DNA of 64,000 nucleotides from Amoeboaphelidium protococcarum X5 (taxonomy: Eukaryota; Fungi; Aphelidiomycota), in the NCBI GenBank assembly GCA_023515725.1, contig JALDTO010000154.1, positions 577,484-641,483 of the forward strand, written 5' to 3'. Shown piece after piece: positions 28,982-40,554 of this stretch (its first letter is position 1; each line of letters starts with the position of its first letter). The notes under the pieces were generated by a model that was not told where the DNA came from, made no database searches, and was given only the letters and a program-made list of their open reading frames with translations. The translations under genes and the position numbers were made by a program.

Positions 28982-31675
28982 TAGACCTCTTAAACAAATA
29001 TTTTGCTTTGCTTTGCTTTGATTTGCACAAATATTCCAATTTCCGCTGCCTCAGATATTCGATTGGAAATATTTATAAATATTTACAAATATTAGAAGTT
29101 ATTCGATGACCTTAAGTGGCGCTTTTGAAACGCTATAGAGTTGTGTAAGCCTTCAAACGCTCCTTAGATTTAGATAGGGAGGAGTCGGCGTTTGAACCTC
29201 TCTTATTTCCATTTTACTCAGTCTTGCGCAAGCTCAGAGAAGTAGGAGTCATGAACGGAATCAACAGTCCTCGTAGGTGTAAATCCATAAGCAAGAAGCC
29301 ATAGACTACTTTGGCTCAAAGTTTCGCATATGCAACGTCTGAGCTAGCCCCGGAAGACTCTGTAAGTTAAACGCACTTGAATGTGGAGAATATCCCTCCG
29401 TCTAGTTCGGAGATTATCAATTTAACCTGTCCCTCGCCAATAAAGGCAATTCCTAAGTGCAAGAGTAAGTCTGAATCCAAGAGTCAAGTTTCTTCAAGGG
29501 CGTCTAGATCGATTGTATGGTAATTTTTTGACAAAAATGCTGTGAACCAGTAAGGTAAGATTCAATGTAAAGTTTCAAGCTGCGGTAAATGGTTCAAATA
29601 TAATCCAAGCTCGACTACTACCTAATTGCAGCATATAAACGCTGTCCATGAGAAGATGGCGTTGATTGCTGAAACGTAACCAAGCTTGTTGAATCTTTAG
29701 GATAACGAAGACGTCGTGGCCATGATTAGTCATTAGATTGAGAACCAGTACAGTCCTGAGAAATTCCGTGATGTCCTTATTCGTTTAATAGTCGCCAACA
29801 ATTTATCATTTGAATTTGTCGAGTATCCTGAGGTCAAAGAGATAATCTAATTGGTTCGCCCCACTGTCACTAAAGATCTTATCAGCGCGGACACTGTTCG
29901 TAATGAGATTGCTAAGCGCGCCTAGTAGCGTGATATGTAGGTTAGTTCCTAATTGACGGCGCTGCCATGTAAGTTTGCTACAACGACTGATATGTGGACT
30001 AGTCCTAATAGAATCCCTCTTATGTGTGTGACAGGTCATTCATTACATTGATAAAAATTGGGATTTGTAAAGTGCTCTGATTGATTTTGTTCCTTTCACC
30101 GGGAAGCACTCTGGGGTCAAGATTAGTGAGAAGTTCAGATTGATAGCTTAAGAATCTTTTGGTGGGTTTGAAAAGGTTTTGAGTGTTACGTGCGATAATG
30201 CTTCCAATAATTTGACTTTTGTGGAGTCTTTGATCAGTTTGGAAGATTTCGATGAATCTGGACATATGAGGTGCTTTGCTCATGTAATCAATTTGGCTGT
30301 TAAAGAAGCCTACAAGATATTCGAGAAAGATATCAAAGTCATTCGTGATTTAATCGTCTCATTGAGACGCTCTTCTTTGCTCATGGAGAAGTTCGAGGAG
30401 ATCTGTGTTAAGAAAGAGGTTACTGTTCGGTAACCTTGCTACGATGTCCCAACAAGATGGAATTCAACCTGGGAAATGTTAACGTATGCTGTAGAATATA
30501 AGAAAGTTTTCGACCTATTGTGTTTAGTAGCTACAGGTGACGGATTCAAAGAACAGTATCGCACGATTAAATGGGATGTTTTAGAGCAATTGTGCCTCTT
30601 TTTGAGAAAATTTGCTAAGGCTACTACTACACTAAGTGGATCTAAGTATGGAACCTTGAATCAAGTTTTGCCTATGCATGTGAATCTTACTAATCATTGT
30701 TTGAAAATGAAAACTAGTAGAGTTCAGGTGGTGCGGCAGGCAGCTGATGCTGCTTTATAGAAGTTGAATTAATACTGTACCACTTTCACGGATTACAATG
30801 TGATAGCTACCGTGTTGGACCCTCGTTCTAAAGCGCGATTCTTTGACTAGAACAAGAATCTATTGCATTATGACATTGTTAATGTGGATGATGAATCTCC
30901 AGGGTCTGAAATTGCTTAATCAATAGTCTAGAGATATCTAACTCGCTTATATCAAGATAGAGTCCCCATCGCCGAAGAAGAGCTTAGTGAAGTGGATGAT
31001 TTCGACGCTGAATTGTATGGAGGCGAGGGAGTATCTTCTGATAACGTCGATAATCATTTGACGACGCATCTTAGAGACAGTGCGTCTATTTTTTCTGAAA
31101 ATCCATTGGAGTATTGGAAAATTAGAGAGCTTAAATGGCCGTATTGGCTGCAATGGCGAAGGATTTCCTGGCTATCCCTGCGACTTCAGTTCCATCTGAG
31201 AGTGCTTTTTCTACTGGGCGTCAGATAGTCACTGATTAGCGAGGATCATTGGAGCCAAACACTATTCGCAATGTCATGGTGTTAAGGGATGTCTATCGGA
31301 AACAAGGAAATATACATGTGTATGATTTTGTGGAGTCCACGTATACAGTAGAAGGAATTGAGAGCGTAGATTCTACTTCGGAGGAGGAGTGATTGTGAGC
31401 CATTGGGTTATTAACGTGCTCCATCTATGGAGAAACTTTTTCCCTATGCATTTGTACATCTAATATATACTTTAAACCTCACTATTAGCTTGAATATTCT
31501 CTCGTTTCATTACAGCTGACGGGATGAAGATCAGTAGGAGAGCAAAGTTCGAATATTTGGATATTTGAACAAATATATTTGCACAAATAGTGGCTTCTTT
31601 TCACGGTGAAATATTCGATTGCAAATCGAATATTTGTCGAATATTTACAAATACACTCTTTGTTTAGGAGGTCTA
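28982..31675 (+). mobile_element. Full-length hAT (Ac/Hermes-type) DNA transposon, 2694 bp
   Basis: 17-bp TIRs TAGACCTC(T/C)TAAACAAA with one mismatch; perfect 8-bp TSD GTTTTAAC at 28974-28981 and 31676-31683 (GTnnnnAC pattern); subterminal AATATT-core repeats at both ends. Confidence 0.97.
29251..31392 (+). pseudogene. hAT transposase (BED finger, DDE core, dimerisation domain) with two frameshifts
   Basis: SIVWQFF...CKVSSC...HINAVH, TTDMWTS, TCDNASN, RCFAHVINL, PTRWNST, LDPR, IPATSVPSESAFS. A CATT duplication at 30037-30044 and a 1-bp loss near 31141 break the frame. Confidence 0.92.
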
Positions 31676-32569
31676 GTTTTAACATGCGCCTCAACCGTCT
31701 TCATCCTATCCAAGTGTCTTCCCTCAACATCGTGCCCAGCCTCAAGTCTCAGATAGACGTGCTCGCAGAAATTGTCAACCTCTTCCTACGCAGCGTCATA
31801 AGCGTATTTATCACAAATTTTAAGCATTGTCTACACCATCAACAGACAACCGTCTTCGCTGACCCATGTTTTTAAAAATGTTGTAAATACTGCAGTAGAG
31901 AATTGTCCACATTTAGACTTTACAACTTCAAAGTGCTCCACCAGCACAGTCAACAGCTGATCCATCCATCCCACACCAGCTCAGCCGGCATGTCGGGTTA
32001 GAGTCCCCCTTCTCCCCAAATGTAAACTCTGCTTATCGACAACGGCTTTGATCTATAAGAAACAGGGCTATATAGATAAAACACATGTCCCGAGTTACTA
32101 GGACTCCCTAAATCCTATATGGGTAGGAGGTTGCGTACGCGAATGGCTGCACGTAACAACAAAAGGACCCAGGTCATCCTGAAACGGAAGGCCCAGCGAC
32201 TGAGTCGCCTATGTGCCACCCATAGTGACATGCCGTATCCTAAACGGAAGCGACATGCCAAGTTAACACAATGGAAGTGGATTGGACAAACGAGATGCGG
32301 CAGAAGAGACATTCAGAGGAGACTTAGCAAGGACAGCATATGCAGACATCACTGACGACTTTGTGCCACGGATGAATAAAGAGCCATCGATGCAGCAAGA
32401 CGAACACATAATACCAGGAATAAAAAGCAGAATTAGGCATATTCACAAGCAGCAGCAAGAGCAAGCAACATCTACATAAAATGTGAAGTTAATAAATGTA
32501 TAGTTAAATTTATATAATGACTTACCGCACAAGGAGAAGAAAAGAATAAGGGAGGAGCTATCGCCTTTT

Positions 32570-33109
32570 ATGCTTAGTGATGGCATCATTCCCACGCCAC
32601 CCCAGCGTGAAAAATCAAGTCATCGAATCAAACCGGTTCCAATCCCACCTGATAATATTCAAGCAGCTCTGTATCATGCTATTTTCTTTGCAAAAATACA
32701 TTGGCTCCATCTGCACATTAAGAATTCTAAAAAAATAATGCCTCAACAAACTGAAAAGAATCGCGAAAGAAGGAGAAGGCGAGTATTAAGGCAATTAAGG
32801 GCACCTGTTGTTTCTCCTCAGCGTCAAGGACGTCGTGCAAGCCCGCCTCCAGCTTTAGTTGCTAGTACACATTAATGTTTGTAGGAGTTATATCCAAACT
32901 GCATTGTCAAGACTGCAGCGAGAATGGCCTTGCTGGTTGATGGTATTGTGCCAAATGATCCCGCAACGGTACGTGCTGCGATTGACGAGAACAAGTTGCT
33001 GTCTGGATTTTCGGTTGAAGATGAAGCTGTTGCACCTGCGGCCTAGCAATTCGTAAGTCAGGTAAGAACCAGTGGTAGAAAGCGATAGGATGTCAATTAC
33101 ACAGAATGA
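32570..33109 (+). CDS. Hypothetical basic protein (alternative start 32738)
   Basis: Track ORF extends through UAR codons to TGA at 33109; Arg cluster RERRRRR and C-terminal RTSGRKRQDVNYTE. Confidence 0.4.
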
Positions 33110-33184
33110 ATTGCTACAGAATATAATATTGCATTTTATGATTTTTCAAAGTATCACCAGACTGACTTGACACTATCTTTTACA

Positions 33185-34200
33185 TCATTTCAGTTTAATC
33201 AGCAATTCTGAGCGGCTAAGCGGTTTGACCACTTTTTGTGATAAAGTGAACACTTTGCTTGTAGAGCTATACTTCGAATTATCTCCCGGCAATACTTTGT
33301 TCTTGTCTGTACGGTAGTACCTTGGTTGATGCCAATTAAAACGAGGAGGATATAAGGGTGAAGAGTCTAGTCGTTTTTGAAGCGACTCGTATCGTGGTTT
33401 GATTTCGGCTATCCGTACTTTCCAGACTTCTTCATACAGAGCTGAGAGCAGGCAGTCCGGTCCGCAGAGAAGCCATTGCACCGAGTTCTAAGGCTTGAGA
33501 ATCGCCTTAGCGCAACTGTAGCTATACGAGGATACAATTAAGACGAGGAACTTCTGGCTGACTTCAAGAGCTGGATCTAATCCCATAGCATATGCCAGTT
33601 CATAAAGGTTTAGTAAGAAGTAGAATTTAAAATTGCCAACTAAGCACGCGTTTTTGCTAACCACTAACTCTGTATATGCCATATCTTGTATGGGTGCATT
33701 GTAGAAGATAATCAATTCTTGCTAGTCGTTGCATCGCGGACATATGGATTATCCGTAGACCAATCCTTCTTTTTTAATGACATCGAGAAAAGGTAGAGTT
33801 CTGGTGCAATACCTGATTCCGAACGCCATTTCTTGAGTATATGATGATTCCGTGGCGTACTCAGTGTCGAAGCCAGTTGTAGCCAAGGCGCGTGTCTCTG
33901 GGACCAGAATACTCCTTGTTGAGAAGTGCGATTTACGTATGGTCTGAAAGGATTACGCTAATAGTACTTTCTGCTTTGTCAACTTCAGGAATCACCCAGG
34001 ATTTATGTCGATAGGGATGCAATTCGATACAGTTCTAGTGAGGGAATTATGAGGGAGATGGTGAAGTTTTATAAAATTTTTGATTACTTCGTAACCAGTA
34101 GTATGCATTGCGCTAGGGAGAGGATAAGCTGATAAATACTTGGATTTGAAATCTTTTCTACAGATAGAGAAAACACTGATGATCAATGTTCAGAATCTTA
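33185..34200 (-). mobile_element. Degenerate non-LTR retrotransposon (L1/Tx1-like) 3' remnant
   Basis: Broken frames contain CTRTLPFLDVIKK...YGQSICPRCNDQQE, then in a shifted frame DYLLQC, and later YEEVWKVR. This resembles the zf-RVT cysteine motif and downstream IWxxR of LINE ORF2. No RT core seen. Confidence 0.4.
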
Positions 34201-34600
34201 TTAGACAGATTGACATTTTGAAGAGATCTCCTGCAGTCAAAGATGTCGCTAGAAGCATGTTATAAAAATGATTGACCAGTTTTATTCAAATGAGATTGAT
34301 ATTAAACTAGATTATTTTTAGAGTTCCGGAAGGCAATTTCTGGGCAGATCTAAGCTTCGATACGGATCGAGGCAGACGGGAACTTGCCAACGGAGCACGC
34401 GCGTCATCATGCTCTAATCCCTCTGAAACAATAGTAGTTTCACGTCGGTGAATGTAATTTGAAACACCTCCACATGAGTTTGTCAAGTCTCAGAACGGCA
34501 AGATGTCCACCCAACCAGCTTTTGGTAAATTAGATTCCCACACTTGACCGGGCTTCTGACATAGATTCTAATTCAGATCACGTTCGATATATTACTAAAT

Positions 34601-35905
34601 ATGCCAAAAGTTTATTTTGTCGGATAGGATATCATTGAGTTTGAAAATATCGTAGGTGATTCTATCAGCGAGTCACCTGCTGCAACTTTATCTCTACCGG
34701 AAGAGCCTCTAAGCAATCCTTCACCGATTCCGGATGAAAATGCAGTCATCGCTCCTCCTGTATATTTGCAGCGATAATCCTCATATGATCAACTTGTCAC
34801 CAAGACTAAAAGTAAATGGCAGAGACTGTCTCAATGTCAGCGGGCCATGATTATAACTATACCGCTGGTAATTTTACTGATAATTCTGGTGTGTATCATA
34901 GCTTATGGTAGTGCATATGTCATGATACGCAATTAATTCAACTCTAGAAATGATGGACAGTACAGCAGCATGTAGTTATCAAATGTGACCAATTCTTCAG
35001 TTGAGGCGACGGTGGTATAAAGTCAGTAAATGAGGTCATTCGTGCCTGTGTATTTGGAAGACTTCACCATAACGTACTCCACAGCTTATGGTGATTTCGC
35101 GTCTATAAAAATGCCCGGCTATATGGTCGAGAATGGTATTCTCAATAGATCTTACACTACTCCGTTGAAGATTACTAATATGGACATGCTGGGAAGTTTT
35201 GGTAATGAGGTGATGCGTATACTGACCTCGCAAAGTTCTGAGATTTACAATATCTAGATCCATTAAAGAAGCATTATGAGTGTTCACATTGGATATCCTG
35301 CTCTAGCATTCATTCGCTGGTCCATTCCATACTACAGTAGCTCTCCGTTCAGAGTGACCAGTCTTGGAAATTTTGCATCTCTAAATGCCAAACAGGAAAT
35401 TGCAAATGATACTGAAATACCTGATACCAGCGCTTCAAGTTCGGCGCAGTCTACTGATGCCGATAAGTCTTACACCAGGAATCAAACAATGGTTGAGTAG
35501 TAGAATGAAATGTCTGGGAACGCGTCAATATCCAATGTTCGTCTGCGTATGAAGAACTTTGTATTCGAGGCAACAGTAAATTTCACTAATCCTATTCCCC
35601 TGGCTCTGAACTTACAATTGGTCAAAGGCAAAGTTTATTTTGTAGACAAGCATCTGGCTTATGTATTTGTCTAGAACTGCACAATTGTATCCGGTTTCAA
35701 CTCTATCAGACTCAAGTTTCAAATCAGTAGCTTTGGGGGCTTTATGGATACAGCTGCGAGTGTGATGTTTAAAGGTTTGCGGCCAGAGAAATTCACTCTT
35801 AGAGATATCACGATGATCGGTGATGGTGGCTACATTCAATGGCTCAACGCATGGTTTGAAGGAGTGTAAGTCAGATTGCCCACTACTCCCACGTAGAAAC
35901 GATGA
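34601..35905 (+). CDS. Single-pass membrane protein, DUF3712/LEA2-like beta-rich ectodomain
   Basis: 434 aa: cytosolic N-terminus, TM IPLVILLIILVCIIAYG, VNFTNPIPLALNL...IVSGFN...IQWLNAWF pattern. Confidence 0.65.
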
Positions 35906-35939
35906 AATGTTCAACCTGTAAGTGGATGAGAAGCGAGTA

Positions 35940-37490
35940 TTCAATTACAAGCTATATTATTTATCATGTTTATCTATCTAATCATTTAGTTCTCATTCAA
36001 TATCAATATATCATTGTCAATCTTCCTTCTTCCACCCTTGCATTGCATACAGACGCGCAATCTCTTTTGAGTCCAAGCCATTGCGCCTTCTGCTGAAAAG
36101 AGTCTTGAAAAACTAGTCAGGAACATACTACGGTAGATATTCCGTGTTTTCTATTGCACCAAACTTAACGCGGGCATTTCTCAGCTAATTTCTTAGCACA
36201 ATGAACTTTTAGATTTACTATTTAATTGATTCTGCATCAAGATACAGCTCATACGCATAAATCCAATTCCTCTACTGAGATCAAGTATGTTTCCAAACTG
36301 TCTGCCCGTTAAACCCCGTATATTGGATAATCTGCTTACCATAGTGTTGACTTCATACTGAAAGGTATTGTACCGCAGTTAGTAATCAGATACAGTTGAC
36401 CTCAATTTGTTCGTTACGCGTCCTAATTAGTTTGCTCTACGTCTGCTGATAAATCGTCCATATCGCAATCGGCCAACATTTACAAATCCCGCGGTGTCAT
36501 CATTGAACATAATTCTACATGCTATGATTATATATCTAATGGCTCAGCCTCACTGATTACAGCAATCATGTACGTATGTTCACTCCAATCGAATTTCTAA
36601 ATCACGGCCCAGAAAGCACTACGTCTCTCCTCAAATGTAAACAGAGGACCATCAAACACTTTTAGCCACCCAATAGCGTCACGAAACTGTCTAATATTTA
36701 CCAGACATTGAATAAATTCTGCAACTCCGAATCCAAATAGCCTCTTATTTTTAGCCACAAATTCGGCGATGGTCTTGATTTACATCAAGGCCCGAGTCTC
36801 ATCGTCATTGTAAATGAACTGAGGCCATGCCGACTTAATGAACATCTTGGGTGTGACGTGATTTAGTAACTTACGACCCAGCTAACACCACTTGATAACA
36901 TTGTTACCATCCTATGAAAGATGCCGAAGAAGTACGTTCATATACATTCTCTTCGATTAAACATGGACATGACTAGTATAATTGCGTAGACATTAGTCTT
37001 CCAGTAGTTAAAATCTACCCCAACCTATTTCAGGAAAGCTACCAAAATCCTGAATCTCATCGCATGTACCACTCCAGTCAATGGTGAATGTCATATGCAG
37101 CAATCAAATTAGACCGGAATGAGCTTCTTCACGTTGCTCATAAACCATCGTACGAACATACAAATGCAATGCCACACAATCATGTACTTCATCTTTATGT
37201 AGGAATGTCTCAAACACTTCTTCAAAGGTCCGTATTTCTTCATTAAGACCGTATCTACGAAGGCAAGGAAGATCCTCAAGGCGTGATAGACTCAATATTG
37301 GACCATAATAAAGCCAGTAATATCTCTTCAATATGGATAAGTCTGAAGTCATGACGCGCCAAACTTCATTATTAATAGTACACAGAGAGTGAACATCACG
37401 GGGATCCAAATATTGCAGAATTGACTCAGGTAAATCCGAATGTTTGAGAATGCTCAACATATTAACATTATGCAGTGTACTCAATTACAT
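35940..37490 (-). pseudogene. F-box-like gene with internal TGA and downstream frameshift
   Basis: N-terminal LPESILQYLDPRDVHSLCTI F-box pattern. After the TGA at 37104-37106 the same frame stays open for about 300 codons; another shift and TGA occur near 36280-36350. Confidence 0.55.
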
Positions 37491-37677
37491 AACGCGTATT
37501 GATGCCGTGTTTGGGTGGTTACATGATGGATGTCCATATATAGGAGAAAGAGAAATAGCGGTGCAAGATTATATCCCCTGCTGAAAATCCATGTGTTGGA
37601 AGCATCACTATAATTCAACAGTTAAGATAAGATAAAGATTTATAAACTGTAAACTCTAATTTGATACTAATTGTTGA

Positions 37678-38466
37678 TCATTCTTCTGCGATATCCTCCA
37701 AATTTTGCTTGTAACTATCGACTGGAGGCTGTTGGTTAATATCAGGCGATAATAGCCCATTGAAACGATGCTATTGATTGCATTTCACCACCAAATTGCT
37801 CAAGGATTTGTTATTCTTATTAGGCTTTCCTTTAAGTTCAGCACTATTTCCTGCATCAACTTCCAGTGGTCCAACAGATGTCTTCTTCTAGTGCCGCGAA
37901 TGAATAGCCTTGAACACCTCTGCTTTAATCTACCATGGTAATCTGTCTCCGAGTTACATGAACGCCGCGCTAGCTTGGAAAAAGTTCCAATCCCTCATGA
38001 CGGATAGTACAAACTGTATCTGCTCTTGCAAGGAATACTCCTTCTCATCTTCACACGTACCGACATGCTCCCATCGCATGCAGACTGCATACACTAGCTC
38101 AGCTGTAAATTTAGGCTTCCACTACCGGGAAATGCATGTAATCAAGTACGCCAACTCTTCGGCGTCGACCCATTGTTCGGTTACACCAGTGACAACGGCA
38201 ATGATAGATCGCAGCTTCCAATCAGAGGTCAGCCATTACACTGCAGTCACTATACGGTCGGTATCATGTTCATTGGCAATACGGACAAAGCGCGGTAGAA
38301 TATAAGATAGGTTGAGTTCATTCTTGATTCCCTCTGTAAAAGCAGCATTGAACAGATTGTCCATTGATTTCATAGTTGCAGCCACATCTTACGCGTGTTT
38401 CAGCGGCTGACCACCATTTTCCTTGGATACAAGCACTTGCATTCTGCTAACAAATTTACTCTTCAT
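37678..38466 (-). CDS. Hypothetical protein, 262 aa, with Trp-terminated helical repeats
   Basis: Open frame with UAR=Gln; about six 16-18 aa amphipathic units each ending in W. Confidence 0.7.
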
Positions 38467-38766
38467 CACGTTACTTTCTATGTACTGTATATTATCTATC
38501 TATGTAAATATATAAAGATTCAAGGTATTTAAATTGATTAAGAAAAAAAGAATATACCAAGTGGAAGGTTGCAAGTGCTGGCGACAAGGCTGATTACCAC
38601 CACGAGATTGCACAAGCGTGATCCGCTTCAGCTAATGTCACCTCACGCAGGTCGCGCGGTCACTCCCTGTCAAGCCTTGTGTGTGACGTAAACAAGTTAT
38701 AAAAACGTGGGCTTTTACAAACTGAATTTTTTTTTGATTATATAAATGTGAACAATAAAGAGCTGA

Positions 38767-40395
38767 TCATTAAACAACAATATCGTCATCATGATTTAAC
38801 ACATGCTACTTTCCAACTTAGCTTCCTCCTCCGTCAGTCTCATTCTACTCTTAGTCTTCCTCTTCATCCTACGTCATATATGGCGCAAACTCACTTCTCA
38901 ATTTGGCATCATAACCAAAGGACTTTTCTCTATTAAAACGCTTGGCAACGCGAGCCAGTAAGGCATCATGCTCTTCCAAGAAGGAGTCTTTGTATTTTCT
39001 GACGCGATAACTAACAACCAAATCATCGTCTTCCGTGACCGTATCTAATGATTCTACGGGCTCATCATCTATCAAAGTATCGGTATGAATAATATACTTG
39101 GTTACAAATGGTTTCTCCACTTCATGCTAGCGAGCGTAAACTTTAATACCAGCTTTACCAGCAGCAAAAGAGACAAGCATCTATTGGCCATCATTCGCGG
39201 CCACAATATCATTCAGAATAGTATCAAAGACGCCGAGACTGAGAGTGAACATTTTATCAGCCAGTGCAGTAGAGCCAAATATCGCCAAATCCAACTCTTC
39301 ACGTGATACGTACTAAAAGCCAAATATCTCACGCGTGTTATGGTATGACACAAATAGTCCATCCATATTTCCAATGCGCACCTAGAAATTGTATTTAAGA
39401 AAGGCACTTCGCAGCATATCATAGTACTCTCGCGAGAAAGAGTTGTACCAACCATGAATCTTATCTATTCTATAATTTACAAAATCCTCGTAATTCTAAC
39501 TATTAAGTCTAATGGCTACAGAAGCTCTGGTTTTAATATCGAACACTTTTCGCGGTAAGTGTGGATTCATACAGTCAATCTATGATCTTAACAGCAGACT
39601 CTTATAATTACAATAAGCATATGCACCATTATCCTCACTCTACTCAGTTGTAGCATCTGCCACTTTAGATTTATTCTTTACCAAGAATTTACCGTAATCC
39701 TCCTTGGAGAGAGTAAAGAAGTTTTCCAATATTACTCCCTGCTACATCATTATGGACTCCTTTTCCTTACTCTCCATACTGTAGTAGTCAATACTATAAA
39801 TTCCCTTTGCGATTTGAGACGGTTTAAGTAGAACAGAGGTGGGAAGACGCGTGAGCTCTGTAAACTTTGTATTGGCATTCTGAAAATCAAATCCAAGATT
39901 TTACACCTAGATATCTTTAAATTGAGATATGCCCAAATATATTTATGATAGAGCAGAGGAGACAGAGGAGGTACTTCCAAAGAATCTAGCCTTATTTTCA
40001 GATGCCAACTAAGCCAGAGTTTCATCTTAGGACGGCCTTCTGAACGGGGGAATTCGGCTGAAATCGAAATCTTGAGGTTGAGTGATAAATCGCACATAAG
40101 GGTCAAAATTATACACCTTGGACCTGATATCCCGCAGAAAATGAACACCCGGATTAAATAAGACTCTATCAAGACGATGCTTCAACCTAGGCACTGCCCG
40201 CTCATCAGGAGGTATAAAAGAAGGCCCAGTGGTGGACTAAAGAGCACCTTCTTGGACTATTGAGGATGGCTTTTTCACCGCACTTTTCACCTTCTTTATC
40301 GCCTATACCTTACTACCATCAAATACAGTATCATCCGCTGATAATGATCTTACAGCCTTTACAAAATGAATTTGCCGGTTAATTACTCTTTACAT
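38767..40395 (-). CDS. PET127: Mitochondrial RNA 5'-processing exonuclease Pet127
   Basis: LDRVLFNPGVHFLRDIRSKVYNFDP, LLRSQIDC, FDIKTRA, SFEREYYDMLRSAFLKY, RIGNMDGLFVSYHN, FGFQY; alternative ATG at 40401. Confidence 0.93.
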
Positions 40396-40554
40396 TATCA
40401 TATTGAGCAAAATTTTATTCAATGAAGTTTCGCAGCAAAAGGGTCAAAACGCATAAAAGGAAAATGGAGAGAAGAGTGAAAAGTTCAGAGCGATAGAAGC
40501 GTAAAGTCATGCTGATATGAACCAAAAATATCAATTCACTCGGGTGGAATTTAT

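Larger units (their letters stand above)
28826..31965 (-). pseudogene. 145-aa orphan gene disrupted by the hAT insertion
   Basis: Removing the element and one TSD gives a 438-bp ATG-to-TGA frame: MDQLLTVLVEHFEVVKSKC...TVEAHVK|TLLQERNYNEDD...DDQNEK. Confidence 0.6.

Noticed and set aside
37104-37106. Selenocysteine or readthrough TGA in the F-box-like gene
   Set aside because: No redox motif context or evident SECIS; additional downstream lesions point to pseudogenisation.
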